Source: Longimicrobiales bacterium (GTDB lineage: Bacteria > Gemmatimonadota > Gemmatimonadetes > Longimicrobiales > Gaopeijiaceae). Taken from it: 64,000 nucleotides of DNA. The position numbers and the translations under genes were made by a program. Positions 30,557 to 42,400 of the stretch are shown piece after piece; within the stretch, counting starts at the first letter, position 1; each line of letters starts with the position of its first letter. The notes below the pieces were generated by a model. That model ran no database searches, had not been told where the DNA came from, and saw only the letters and a program-made list of their open reading frames with translations. The DNA is taken from the NCBI GenBank assembly GCA_963664435.2, contig CAXXKM010000001.1, positions 384,001 to 448,000 on the forward strand, written 5' to 3'.

Positions 30557-32254
30557 CTAACGCTCGTACGGCTTGCGCGCGAAGTAGCTGTTGGCCTCTG
30601 CGGCCACCTTGGGGGCAAGCATGATGAGCGCGATCAGGTTGGGAACGATGACGATCGCCAGGAAGATGTCGCCCAGGTTCCAGATCACCGTCAGCGGCAG
30701 CACCGCGCCGATGAAGTGCATGATGACGAAGGCGAGCTTGTACGGCAGCACCGCGTTCGCCCCCAGCAGATAGTGCGCACAGCGGTCGCCATAGTAGCTC
30801 CAGGAGATGGCCGTGGATATCGCGAACAGGAGCACCGAGAAGACGACGATCATGTGCCCCCAGTCACCCAGGCCTGCCAGTCCTCGGCGAAAGCCCTCCA
30901 TGGTGAGCGGCGCACCGCTCTCGAAAGCTCCGCCGTAGAGGGAGGCATGAGTCTGGCCGTCGTCTCCCCTGGCGACGCCCTCGGCCGGGACAACGGTGCC
31001 GGTGAACGGCGTCGTTTGCGCCTCGTCCACGTACAGCATGTCGACAAAGGCGTCGTGCCAGGCGACGTGCACCCCGTCCGGGTCCTCGGGGGCTCCGTCT
31101 TCGAAACGGATTTCGGCCGGGGCGGCCGCGGCCTGGTTGTTGCCCGTGGCATCCACGGTCACATAGCCGAGGTCGCCGCCTCCCAGGGTGATCTCCGTCG
31201 GGATGCGCGCGTTCCAGACTCCTGTCGTGATGATCACCAGTCCGGTCATCGAGCAGATCACGATCGTGTCGATGAAGGGCTCGAGCAGAGCAACTACGCC
31301 CTCCGACACCGGCTCGTCGGTCTTGGCCGCGGCGTGCGCGATGGGCGCGGAGCCCTGTCCGGCCTCGTTCGAGAAGAGGCCGCGGCGGACGCCCCACATG
31401 AGGGTCACGAGGAAGGCGCCCACGCCGGTCCCGGCCACGCCGGCCGTCGGGTTGAAGGCCTCGCGGAAGATGAGACCGAGCGCGGGCATGATGTCGCCCG
31501 CGTTGAACAGCAGGATGACCATCGCCCCGAGGCAGTAGACGGCGGCCATCACCGGCGCGAGGATGCCGGTCACCCGTCCGATCCGGGTGATCCCGCCGAG
31601 GATGACGAGGGCGACGACGCCGGCGGTGACCAGACCGCTCACCGTCGTCGGGATGCCGAAGATGGTGCGCATCGAATCGGAGACCGTGTTGGCCTGAATC
31701 GCGTTTCCGGTGAGAAAGGCGGTCAGCCCGAGCATGATGGCGAAGAAGACGGCCATCCACTTCCAGCGCGCGCCCAGCCCGCGCTCTATGTAGTACATGG
31801 GGCCGCCGCTCACCGTCCCTTCCCACTTGTGGGCATCGTGATCGGGCGCTTCCACCTCCCGGTATTTCTGGGCGAGCGTCACCTCGGTGAACTTGGTGGC
31901 CATGCCGAGCGCGGCGGTGACCCACATCCAGAAGAGCGCGCCCGGACCTCCCCAGTGGATGGCGATCGCCACGCCGGCGATGTTGCCGATGCCGACCGTC
32001 GCGGACAGCGCCGTGGTCAGCGCCTGGAAGTGCGTTACGTCGCCCGGCTCGTCGGGGTCGTCGTACTTGCCGGACGTGACTGCGAATCCGTGACCCAGCC
32101 TGCGCACCTGCACGAATCCGAGCCGCAGGGTGAGGAAAACGCCCGCGCCCAGAAGCAGGATCACCATGAAGGGGACCGTCTCGTCGCCGACCGAGATGCC
32201 GAGCTCCACGATATAGCGGTTCCCCAGGTCGGACAGTGTCTGAAAGAGTTCCAC
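30557..32254 (-). CDS. Alanine/glycine:cation symporter (AGCS family)
   Basis: TVGIGNIAGVA, GGPGALFWMW, GGPMYYI, RGLFSNEAGQGSAP, PFIDT. Confidence 0.93.
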   Translation of the reverse strand: MELFQTLSDLGNRYIVELGISVGDETVPFMVILLLGAGVFLTLRLGFVQVRRLGHGFAVTSGKYDDPDEPGDVTHFQALTTALSATVGIGNIAGVAIAIHWGGPGALFWMWVTAALGMATKFTEVTLAQKYREVEAPDHDAHKWEGTVSGGPMYYIERGLGARWKWMAVFFAIMLGLTAFLTGNAIQANTVSDSMRTIFGIPTTVSGLVTAGVVALVILGGITRIGRVTGILAPVMAAVYCLGAMVILLFNAGDIMPALGLIFREAFNPTAGVAGTGVGAFLVTLMWGVRRGLFSNEAGQGSAPIAHAAAKTDEPVSEGVVALLEPFIDTIVICSMTGLVIITTGVWNARIPTEITLGGGDLGYVTVDATGNNQAAAAPAEIRFEDGAPEDPDGVHVAWHDAFVDMLYVDEAQTTPFTGTVVPAEGVARGDDGQTHASLYGGAFESGAPLTMEGFRRGLAGLGDWGHMIVVFSVLLFAISTAISWSYYGDRCAHYLLGANAVLPYKLAFVIMHFIGAVLPLTVIWNLGDIFLAIVIVPNLIALIMLAPKVAAEANSYFARKPYER

Positions 32255-32430
32255 GGAGGCTCCTCGGCTGCGGGACGGATCGGGTGTCGGAATCGGGAAG
32301 GATGCCCCGCGAGCGGACCGTGGTCAACATTGGCCGGCGCGGCAGGGGCGGAGAGCGGGGCGTCGAATCCCGCGAGATCGGCGCGCAGACACTTGTGGCA
32401 GCGGCTCGGCCGGTCCGGCAGGCGCTGCTT

Positions 32431-33342
32431 TCAGCGCGTCGGCCGCGCGAGCGCGTCCCCGAGGCGGATTTCCCTCCCCGCCGTCAGCCCGGGCACCCAT
32501 TCGTGGCTTCCGCGCTCGAGGAGCACGACCACGCAAGAGCCCAGGTGGAAGGCCATGACCTCCTCCCCGCGAGAGACCGCGAGCGGGGGCTGGTAAACGC
32601 GGCGGCGCTCGGACGGAGGACAGCGGTTGGTCACCCAGCCCCCCTCCCCCCCACCCCACTCCGGATCGAACGCGGTGGAGATGCGACCGACGTTGTACGC
32701 CCCGACCGCCACCAGCGCGACCTGCCCGGCGGCGCCCGCGAACGAGCAGACGACGCGTTCGTTGGTGGCGAGCAGGTCCGGTATCTCGGCGACGGCGGCG
32801 GCGTTCACCGGGAAGAGTCCCCCGGGGACATACGACGCCGAGCGGAGCCGACCCGCCACCGGGGCGTGAATGCGGTGGTAGTGTCTCGGCGCCAGGTAGA
32901 TGGTCGCGTAGAGCCCGCCGTGGAAGCAGTTCGCGGCCGCCTCGCCGGCCAGCAGGGCGGCCGCGGTGTAGCGCCGTCCCTTCGCCTGCACCAGCCGACC
33001 GTCCTCCACCGTGCCGAACCGGGTGAGTACGCCGTCGACCGGCGAGGTCACCGCGCGAGCGTCCGACGGCCACTGCCGGGCGCCGGGCGCGAGCCGCCGC
33101 ACGAAGAAGGCGTTCAGGCTGGCGTACTCGGCGGGCGGCTGCCCGGCTTCGTCCATCCGCGCACCCACCATGCGCGCAAAGCCTCCGACAAGAGGTGCCC
33201 GCAGCAGGCGGGGAATCTCAGCGTCCGCGAGGCGCCCGAACGCGCGGCTGGCGACGGCGCGCGGGATCCGGGACAGAAGGGCGAGCAGGAGACGGCCGCC
33301 CAACGAGCCGCGCGATGGTCCTTCCTGTCTTGAGCTTTCCAC
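32431..33342 (-). CDS. psd: Phosphatidylserine decarboxylase proenzyme
   Basis: FFVRRL, SPVDG, YLAPRHYHRIH, NER, FHLGSC (LGST-type cleavage site). Confidence 0.9.
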   Translation of the reverse strand: MESSRQEGPSRGSLGGRLLLALLSRIPRAVASRAFGRLADAEIPRLLRAPLVGGFARMVGARMDEAGQPPAEYASLNAFFVRRLAPGARQWPSDARAVTSPVDGVLTRFGTVEDGRLVQAKGRRYTAAALLAGEAAANCFHGGLYATIYLAPRHYHRIHAPVAGRLRSASYVPGGLFPVNAAAVAEIPDLLATNERVVCSFAGAAGQVALVAVGAYNVGRISTAFDPEWGGGEGGWVTNRCPPSERRRVYQPPLAVSRGEEVMAFHLGSCVVVLLERGSHEWVPGLTAGREIRLGDALARPTR

Positions 33343-33351
33343 TCGCCCCCG

Positions 33352-34455
33352 TCACCGCACGACGTTGATCATGTCGAAGATCGGAAGGTACATCGAGACG
33401 ATCATTCCCCCCACCACGATGCCCAGAAGGGTAACCATCGCCGGCTCGAACGCCGCCAGCAGCGCCTCTGCCGCACGGCCGACCTCGTCGTCGTAGAAGT
33501 CGGCGATCTTCGCCAGCATCCGGTCCAGACCGCCGGTCTGCTCGCCGACGTGGATCATCTGCAGAACCATGGGCGGGAAGACCCCGGATGCCCGGAGGGG
33601 CTCGGCGATGGTGTTCCCCCCCGCGATCGATCTCCGGGCGTTCATGACGGCGTCGTGCACCACCCGGTTCCCCGAGCCTGCGGCGGTGATCTCCAGCGCC
33701 TCCAGAATCGCCACGCCGGAGGCCGCCAGAGTGCCCAGCGTCCGGGTGAAGCGGGCCATCTCCATCTTCAGACACAGCCGACCGACGACCGGAAAAGCCA
33801 GGAGCAGGCGGTCCAGCGCCAGGCGGCCGCGCGGGGTGGCGCGGACGCGCACCAGTCCGATCCACGCACCGCCGGCGAAGAGGGGTGGAAGCCACCAGTA
33901 TGCCCGCAGGCTCTCGGAGAGACCGATCACCAGCCGGGTGGGCAGCGGCAAGGGAAGCTCCGACGCGGCGAACATCTCCTGAAAGGTCGGGATCACGAAC
34001 TCGAGGAGGACCAGCAGGGAGCACGCGGCCACCGCCACAACCACCGCCGGGTAGATCAGGGCGCCGCGCATCTTGCGCGAGAGGCGGTCGGTCCTTTCGA
34101 GCGCGTCCGCGAGGCGCGCCAGCACCGTATCCAGCACGCCCCCCGCCTCCCCGGCGGCTACCATGCTGACGAACAGGTGATTGAACACTGCGGGATGCTC
34201 ACCCAGCGCGCCGGCCAGCGTTCGGCCTGCCTCCAGATCGCTGCGCACGTCACCCACCACTGCCGCCAGCCTCCGGTTGCCGGCCTGTTCCGCGAGCACG
34301 CCAAGACTCGGCGCCAGGGGCAGGCCGGACTGGATCATGGTGGCGAACTGGCGCGCGAACACCGCGATGTCCCGCAGGGGCACCCGCTCCCTGAGCCGTG
34401 ACGGGATCCGCCGCCACCCTGCCCGGGCGGCCGGGCGCCGGTGCGTTCGATACAC
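33352..34455 (-). CDS. pilC: Type II secretion F / PilC platform protein
   Basis: FARQFATMIQSGLP, AGEAGGVL, ALIYP, VGEQTGGL, MYLPIF; GTG 34455 is the start just after the pilT stop. Confidence 0.9.
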   Translation of the reverse strand: MYRTHRRPAARAGWRRIPSRLRERVPLRDIAVFARQFATMIQSGLPLAPSLGVLAEQAGNRRLAAVVGDVRSDLEAGRTLAGALGEHPAVFNHLFVSMVAAGEAGGVLDTVLARLADALERTDRLSRKMRGALIYPAVVVAVAACSLLVLLEFVIPTFQEMFAASELPLPLPTRLVIGLSESLRAYWWLPPLFAGGAWIGLVRVRATPRGRLALDRLLLAFPVVGRLCLKMEMARFTRTLGTLAASGVAILEALEITAAGSGNRVVHDAVMNARRSIAGGNTIAEPLRASGVFPPMVLQMIHVGEQTGGLDRMLAKIADFYDDEVGRAAEALLAAFEPAMVTLLGIVVGGMIVSMYLPIFDMINVVR

Positions 34456-34463
34456 CCGGCGAC

Positions 34464-35615
34464 CTAGGGCTGCCAGGGGGACCGCGAGTCGCCGAGCGAC
34501 TGCAGCAGCTCCGCCGGGTCGGGGGAGCACCTGATCGCGGCATCCGTGGAGACCTCGCCGCGCATGCGCAACCGCCGCAGAGCGTCGTTCATGGTCTGCA
34601 TTCCATGCTTTCTTCCCGCCTGCATCATCGAGGGAATCTGGTGGACCTTGCAGTCGCGGATGGCGGCGCGCACCGCCGGCGTGCAGATCAGGACCTCGCA
34701 CGCCGCAACCCTCCCCCGCCCGCGCTCACGCGGCAGCAGGCTCTGGGTCATCACGCCTTCCAGCACCAGGGCCAGCTGGGCGCGAACCTGCGCCTGCCGG
34801 CCGGACGCGAAGACGTCGATGATGCGGTGGACGGAGGCCGCAGCTGAATTGGTGTGGAGGGTGGCCAGCACCAGATGCCCGGTCTCCGCAATCGTCAGCG
34901 CCGCCGAGATGGTCTCGGGATCCCGCATCTCGCCGATGAGGATGACATCCGGGTCCTGCCGGGTCGCCGACCTGAGGGCGGCTGCGAAGCTCATCGTGTC
35001 CGAGCCCACCTCGCGCTGACTTACGACGCAGCCTCGGGACCGGTGAACGAACTCCACCGGGTCTTCGATGGTGATGATGTGGCCCTTTCGGGTCTCGTTG
35101 ATCCGGTTGAGCATGGCGGCCAGCGTCGTCGATTTCCCGGAACCTGTGGGCCCGGTAACCAGCACCAGGCCATGGGGCCGCTCCACCAGGCGCCTCACCA
35201 CGCCCGGCAGGCGCAGGTCCTCGAGCCGGGGGATCTCGTGGGGAATTCTGCGCAGCGCCATGGCGGGCTGCCCGCGCCGTCGATAGCAGCTGCAGCGAAA
35301 GCGCGCGAGGTCTCCCAGATCGAATGCAAAATCTACCTCGCGCCCCGACGCTAGCCGCTCCCTGCGGGCCTGCGTAAGCATCGAGTCAACCAGTTCCGCC
35401 GCCTCGCGCGGAGCAAGCGCACTGCCGTGGCGTGCGTCGGCGAGCGCGCCGTCGATGCGAAGCCTGGGGGGCATCCCGGCCGCGACGTGCAGGTCGGACG
35501 CGTCCCTCTCCACCATCTCCTCCAGCAGCGCGCGCAGCGTTGATGGAGGGAATCCGGGCCCGCCGGCAACCGGATCCGATGCGCGTTCCGGAAACGCCGC
35601 AGCCGTGTCGGTCAC
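34464..35615 (-). CDS. pilT: Type IV pilus retraction ATPase
   Basis: ASDLH, GPTGSGKSTT, TIEDPVE, RQDPDVILIGEMRD, ETGHLVLATLHT, GMQTM. Confidence 0.93.
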   Translation of the reverse strand: MTDTAAAFPERASDPVAGGPGFPPSTLRALLEEMVERDASDLHVAAGMPPRLRIDGALADARHGSALAPREAAELVDSMLTQARRERLASGREVDFAFDLGDLARFRCSCYRRRGQPAMALRRIPHEIPRLEDLRLPGVVRRLVERPHGLVLVTGPTGSGKSTTLAAMLNRINETRKGHIITIEDPVEFVHRSRGCVVSQREVGSDTMSFAAALRSATRQDPDVILIGEMRDPETISAALTIAETGHLVLATLHTNSAAASVHRIIDVFASGRQAQVRAQLALVLEGVMTQSLLPRERGRGRVAACEVLICTPAVRAAIRDCKVHQIPSMMQAGRKHGMQTMNDALRRLRMRGEVSTDAAIRCSPDPAELLQSLGDSRSPWQP

Positions 35616-36289
35616 TGTCGCACGAAGAAGCGGCCGCGCATGGACTCGAGCGTGGCCGGCCCGATACCGCGCACCTCGATCAGGTCTTCGACCCGCGCAA
35701 AGCCACCCACTTCGTCACGGCGCGCGATGATCCGGGCCGCGAGCGCAGGACCGATGCCACGTACCTGCTCGAGCTCGCCGGCGGTGGCTCCGTTGAGGTC
35801 GATGGGACCCGCCGCCCGCTGGTTCGCGGATGAAGCGGCGCCGGCCGTCCGAGGTGTCGTGGCGCCTGCGCGCCGGGCCCGGCTTCCTCCGCCACCCCGC
35901 TCGAGCGTCAGAAGCGGCGCGAGCCTCTCCACCGTCGCCGGCCCGATCCCGCGCACCCGAGTGAGCGCCCCGACATCCGCGAAAGGACCGTCCGCGCTCC
36001 GTGATTCGACGATCGCCCGGGCCGCCGCCGGCCCGATGCCCGGCAGGCGGTCGAGCTCCTCCTCGCTCGCAATGTTCGGGTCCAGGCGCTCACCCGGGGC
36101 CAGCGGGGCCGACCGCCGCTCCTCCTCTTCGACCATCTCCTGCGAATCGGCCGCCAGTTCCTCCGCCGAGACGGTGTCGGCCTCGAGGGCGAGCGGAGGC
36201 CGGGCGGCTTCCAGCCCCGCCCGCGCGGCCCCCGCCAGAAAGAGGACAGCGGCCGTGATCGCCAGGGTGCGTGACTCGTCGCGTGTCAT
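35612..36289 (-). CDS. comEA: ComEA-family DNA-binding protein with two HhH pairs
   Basis: N-terminal TM; LDRLPGIGP, VRGIGP x3, IDLNGATAGEL; in-frame GTG 36364 is an alternative start. Confidence 0.88.
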   Translation of the reverse strand: MTRDESRTLAITAAVLFLAGAARAGLEAARPPLALEADTVSAEELAADSQEMVEEEERRSAPLAPGERLDPNIASEEELDRLPGIGPAAARAIVESRSADGPFADVGALTRVRGIGPATVERLAPLLTLERGGGGSRARRAGATTPRTAGAASSANQRAAGPIDLNGATAGELEQVRGIGPALAARIIARRDEVGGFARVEDLIEVRGIGPATLESMRGRFFVRQ

Positions 36290-36419
36290 GCATGGACGAT
36301 CATCCGAGAGCCGGGGCGAAGGAATGGCAGTTCGGGACGTCCTGCCGTGGACCCCGCGCGTCACGCGTTGCCGGGTTCGAGCCATGGAGTCGCCCCGGCC
36401 CGCGCCGGTCCGGCCATCC

Positions 36420-39400
36420 TCAGGGAAGCCCGGCAAAGCCTCCCGCGTTGTACACGAACTGGCCCCAGAAGCCGATCTGAAACTGGGTCGAGCCCAGCCG
36501 CTGGCCGATGTTCGACTGACGATTGGTGTAGCTGGCCTGAAAGCCGATCTGAAGCTCGGAGACGACGGTGTCCAGCGTGAGGTTGAAGGTTGCGTTGCTC
36601 TGGTCCACGAAGGGCACGCAGTCGTCGTTGCCGGAGGTGATGCGACAGTCGCTCTGCCCCGCCTGATTGTACCGCAGCGACGCCTGGATCGGGCGTTCCA
36701 GGCGTGCCCCCAACTCGCCCGGAGGCGTGAAGCTGCCGCTCATGGTGAAGACGTGGGTGTTGCGGCGTCGGCGCGTGTCGCCGGTGGGATCGGTGCCCTC
36801 GCCCCGGGTCATGGTGGTGCGGTAGCTGGACGAAAAGCCGCCTCCCCAGCGAACCGACACGTCGAGCGGGATGGTCGCGTCCTCCTGCAGCCGCTGCTGC
36901 TGAGCACCGGTTCCGAACGAGAGCCGGCGGGTGTCGACGCGGTATCCCGAGTTCACGGTGAGGCGCTCGACCACCGGTTGCACGAAGGGCGGCAAGGGAA
37001 TCGACGACGCCCTCAGGACCAGGTTGGGCCAACTGCGGGTATTCGACGCGCGATCGCTGCGCGTGTCGAACGTTGCGATGTCGGTAACCGAGTAGTCCAC
37101 GTTCGCGGTGATCCCGGGAAGGAGCGTGAGCCCCGAACCCATGGCCCAGCCGTTCCGGTCGACGAGGGTGGCCGCGGTGGTCCCGTCGACCACCCGGAAC
37201 CCCTCCAGGTCGTTCAGCCCGAACTGATAGCGGACGTCCGGGTCCAGCACCTCGCGGTTGAAGCGCGAGGTGATGCCGTCCTGCCAGTTGACCGTAAAGG
37301 GCGAGAACGCACCGGCGATCCGGCGCATCGTCCCCTGGGGGGGAGCGTCGGTCGCGACCGGTCTCGGGGGCCCGCCCCGGGCGAGCGTCCCCGGGTCGAA
37401 GATGACGGAAGCGCTCGCGCTCCGCTGGCCGCCCACGTTGCGCTGCAGGTCCCGCAGGGTGTCGGCCTCCACTACCTGGCGCCGCACCAGGGTGGCGTTG
37501 CGGTCGGAGTTGTAGGTGGTCGTCCAGGTGAGCGTCCACTGCAGCCAGTCGGCGGGCCGGGGGCCCCAGCGCATGTTGGTGCGCAGCCGCCGATTCGTCT
37601 CCCAGCCCAGATCGACGCCTCCCGGTGACCACCGCTCCCGCGCCAGCAGCGGCCGCACCGCCGGATCCCTGACCGCGAGGTCCGGAGCCAGCAAGTCGCG
37701 GGTGGAAGTGAAATCGGTGGTGGCGGTCACGGACTCGAAGGGACGGAAGATGACGCGCGCATCGGTGTCCAGGCCTCGCCGGGGAGAGCGCGTGCGGGTC
37801 GCGCTCGAATCGGCGGGCAGGCGCAGAATCTGCTCGTAGCGCAGGGTCTGGTTGCGCTGGTTGGCGTAGGAGGCCCCGAACCCGATGCGCTCCGGGCTCC
37901 AGCGCAGCCGGCTCGCCAGCACCCGCTCCTCCAGCGATTCCGGAAGCAGAGCGCGCACCACATCCCCGAGGAAACCCGGAACGACCGGCAGCGTGCGCGG
38001 CTCCAGCGCCCGGTCGTAGCCTACCCGCGCATCCACCACGCGCGAGTCCGACTCCGAGGTCGCCGTCGCCGACTGCGACGACGAGTACCCGGCGCGCGCG
38101 CTCAGGCCGTCCAGGAAGATCGCCGCCCACGGGTTGGCGGAGGGGGTCCGCTTGCGGAACGACACGCCCACGCGGGTCCGGTCGAAGGCGACCTTGCGGA
38201 GCCCTTCGAGCCGGTCCGCGCGGATATCGCTCCTCAGCAGGAAGGTGGGATCCTGCCCGGAACTGGTATGCGACACGTTCAGCGGCAGCTCGATTCCCCA
38301 GGAGGCGGGGGTGAAGCGGCTCAGCTGCAGCGTCGAGTTCGCCGTCCACTGCTGGTCGCGCTGGTAGCTGGGATCGCCCTCGAGCTGGCGGAAGAGGGCG
38401 CCCCGGTCGGAGACCGAAACGCGCGTGGTCATGAAGTCGGACGCGTTCAGGTCCAGGTTCAGGTGGCTGGCGAGTCCGCGGTCGGTCACGGCGTTGGAAA
38501 GACGGAAATCGTTGACCCACACCTCACCGTCGTCGGGGAAATGGCCCTCGTTCCATACCCCCAGCGAGAGCTCGCGGACCTGCGACAGGTTGGGGGCGCG
38601 CGCCCGGTCCTGAAGCACCACCGCATAGGTCGAGTCGGCGCTCCATACCACCAGCGCCGGCGCGCCCGCGGGCGGGGGGTCCTCGATCAGCCGCTGCTCG
38701 GCCTCGCTGCGCAGTTCAAGCCAGCGGTTGAAGTCCACCAGAATCTCCGGAAGCCAGTCCTCACCCCGAATGCCGTCGGGATCCACCGCCGGCTCCAGCC
38801 GCGTGCGGTACAGATAGAAGTTGTCCTCGTCGCTCCCCACCTTCAGGAAGAAAAACGTGGGACGGTCCATCCCCCAGTCGCCTCTGCGCGCCAGCGCCCA
38901 GATGCGCGCCTGCCGATAGGTGAGGAAGTTCCTGGGGCGCTGCGGAAAGCGGTGATACACCTCCGTCCTCTCCCCGGGGGGAAGCCCCCTGTAGGTGAGG
39001 CCAAGCGCCTTCTCGCTGAACTCCACGCCCTGTGCACCCAGAGCGATCGTGGGATCGTCGAGCTGTTCCACCACGCCGGGAGGCGGGTGGTAGGCGGCGC
39101 CCACCTCGACCGCGCCCACCGGGCTCACCTCGATGGTGCCGCCGGTCCCCGGATCGTCTCCCGCCATGCCCGTGAGCACCCCCTCGCCCGCACGCTTCAC
39201 CCAGCGCGAGCCCACCAGGCGCATGCGCGCCAGCACCGCCGCGCCTTCGGCGTTCCCGGTGACCGTGAGGCGCAGGTGCTTGACGGCGCGGAAATCCCCG
39301 TCGTTGAACATCCCTCCCGGATTGATCGCCCGTGGCCCGCGCAGGGGAATCCGGTAGAGACGGAAGAGGGTTCCGGTGCCGGTGGTGTCGCGCACCAGGT

Positions 39401-42400
39401 AGGGGGAGGATCCGTCGAGTTCCACCAGGTAGCGCATGTAGCGCTCGTCGATGTCCAGATTGCCGTCCCCGTCCAGGTCTTCCGAGTCCGGACGTCCGTT
39501 GCCGCGGGTGCAGTTTACCCGGGGGTCGCCGATGCGGTAGACCACCGCCCGGGTCGCCAGGCACGCCTCGTCCCACAGCCCGCGCTGGTCGAGCTCGTCG
39601 CTCCAGATCTCGCCTCTGCGGGGGTCGGCTTCCTGGTCCAGGGCGCCCAGCCCCCACGCGTCCCCGCCCTCGCGGGTGCCGCCGGTAAGCCCGTTCCCGT
39701 CCACGAACAGCGCGTCCTCGCTCACCGTCCCCAGATCGAAGACGAGGGTGAGCGCCTCGCCCCCCGCGATGTAGAGGTCGAGAAACTCGGTGCGCGTCAG
39801 GTCGAGGCCGGTGCTCGCGAGATTGGCGGTGATCGAGCGCCAGCGCCTGCGGTCGAAGTTGCCCCCGGCGGCGCCGTCGCCGACCCCGAACGTGAGCAGC
39901 AGCCCCGGCTCGCGGAACTCGTTGCCGGCGACGTTGATCTGCCGGTCGATGTCGTTGCGGGGGAGAAAGCCTTCGAAGACGCCCGTGCTGTCCCCGCTCT
40001 CCCCCTCCGTGATCCAGGTGTGCTGCCACTGAAGGGAGGCGATGTCGCCCGGCCCGAGCTCCGGCGGAAGCGCCTCGAGCGCCCCGTCGCGGAACAGCGG
40101 AGCGCTACCCAGGCGCCAGCCCGTGCTCAGGTTGGAGAGCGGCAGGTCGCTCGTGGAATCGAAGTCGTGCAGGTAGACGTCTCCTTCGATGTTCGGGCTG
40201 GGGAGGGAGAGCGCCATCTCGCCGTTCAGGCGCAGCCGCGATATGCCCGAGTGCGTCAGCCCCGGGATCCGGTCCAGCGCCCGGTCCAGCGCCGGCAGTT
40301 CCATGTCCATGCGCCCGTTCAGGCCGCCAAGGAGGATCGAAGCCGGCTCGACGCCGAGCTGAGGCCGCCGCAGGAGCCCCTTCTCGCGCTGGTACAGCCC
40401 CAGGAAGTTGAGTTCACCGACTTCCCCGAGCGCGTAGCCGGCGTTCATTCCGAAGACCGAGGTCGGGGCGATCTGAAAAAGCGCCTGCTGCTCCCAGGTG
40501 GCCCGCAGGTCTCCCTGCGGGTCGGTGGCGAAGAGGGTCTCCGCGTCGAGCAGCTGCACCTGTCCCATGTCGTAGTCGATGACGTAGTCGGTGCGCGCTT
40601 CGAGCGCGCGATCGCCGAAGAAGAGGCGCTCGCTGCCGTCACGGATGCCGAGCGCGCCCAGCGAGAAGGAGGAGATGAGCCCTTCGCTGCGCACGCGAAA
40701 GGGAATGGTGAGCCAGTAGAGCCCGGCATTCTCACGCTCGTAGGGATCGACCGCGTCGTAGATCTCGGGGTTGGCGTCCCCCGCCAGGATCTCGGAGGTC
40801 TCTTCGGCGGAAAGCCCCAGGGAATACACCGGGGGAGGCTCGGCGAAGGGCCGGAGGGTCGGGAAGACGATGAAGGTGCCCGAGACCGCGGGCTGCTCCT
40901 CGAAGTCGTCGGCGGCGGGCTTGTAGACGTACGCGCGGTCGACGACGTCCACGGGGGACTCCTCGTCCAGCCCCAGGAGCTTCAGATAGGTGATGTCCTC
41001 CCCGCCGAGGCCCCGGGTGAAGGTCCTTCCCGCGCTCAGCTCGCCGACGGAGATGTCGAGGGAGACCGACGGGATCTCGACGTCGTTGGAGCCCGACACC
41101 CGGTAGACCTGGTGCATCTCCAGGTCCCAGGTGGGCCGGCCCGGCTGGTGGTTGGGTTCAGAGGCGCGCAGCAGCGAAAGGCGGGGACGCCCTCCCTCGT
41201 TGTGAATGCGCTCCGGGTTGTAGTCGCCGATGGTGTCGCCGGCCGCGGTGACGTAGGTCACCGCCAGCATCTCGTCGCGGCGCAGCGGGCTCCGCAGTGC
41301 GATCCACAGGCCGCTCGGGTGGACGAAGTAGTCGACGCCCGCCTGCAGGTAACGGAACCAACCGGACTCCGTCACCGTGTCCTCTCCGAGCGTGGCCGAG
41401 GCATCGGCCTGGATGTAGCCCTCCACCTGCTGGCGGGTGACGGGGTCGTTCTCGAAGCGGTAGAGCTGGATCGGTTCCGCCCCGGGGATCGCGGAGGAGG
41501 GCACCGTGCCGGGGTCCGCCCCCAGGACGTCGATGTGCGGGTAGTCGAAGAGGTTGCGCGGGTCGGCGAGGAAGAAGAACTGGCCACGCACGTAGTCGGC
41601 GTTGTCGACCACGATGGTGTCCTCCTGGACGAAGGCGCGGTCGGTGCCCGCGCCCGCCAGGCGGAATTCCCGCGAGGACAGGTCGCCCCGCTGTTGCGCG
41701 AACACGGTCTCGAAGTCCAGCGGGCCCAGCTGGCCGGTGGCCCGCAGCCCGAAGTTGCCGGCCGGAATGCCCTCCGTCAGGAAGCGCGACTCCGGCAGCC
41801 CGAAGGTCACGTCCCCGACCTCGACGCCCTGGAGAATCTCGTCCTCCACTCCCTGATAGAAGACGTTGATGTTGTTGGTGGCGGAGAACTCGCGGGTCTG
41901 GTCGTAGTCGACGTTCACCACGATCCGTTCCGAGATCGTGCCGCCCATCTGGACGCCGAACTGGAGTTCGGGCACGAGGCGGGGCAGGAGCCCCGGCTGG
42001 CACCCCAGCTGGATGCCGGCGTCACAGGGACGAAAGCGGGTCCAGTCGCCCCCGAACTCACCCCTGCCCCGGATGCGCACGTCCAGGTCCTGGAGCTCGA
42101 TCGGCCCGGCCCCGGGGATGACGGCCGCCTCCGGCTCGGGAGGAAGTTCGGGGAGGAAGCCCACCGGCCCGGCGTCCGGCTCGTCCTCTTCCCGGGAAGG
42201 ACGCGTGATTCTTCCCGCCAGGGACGCGCCCGGCCGAAGGAGCGATGCCGCGCCGGGGCCCGGCGGCCCGAGCACTGCGGGCCGCAACCACGGCGAGTCG
42301 GCGCCCGGCACGGGCTCGAACGCGACCGGGAAGAGGAGGGAGACGCGCGCCAGCCCGAGGGGGACCAGCACGGGCGGGGGGAGGGGCGCGGAAGCCAGCG

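Noticed and set aside
32431..33342. LGSC instead of LGST in Psd as a sign of inactivation
   Set aside because: The Gly-Ser cleavage dyad and the other motifs are intact.
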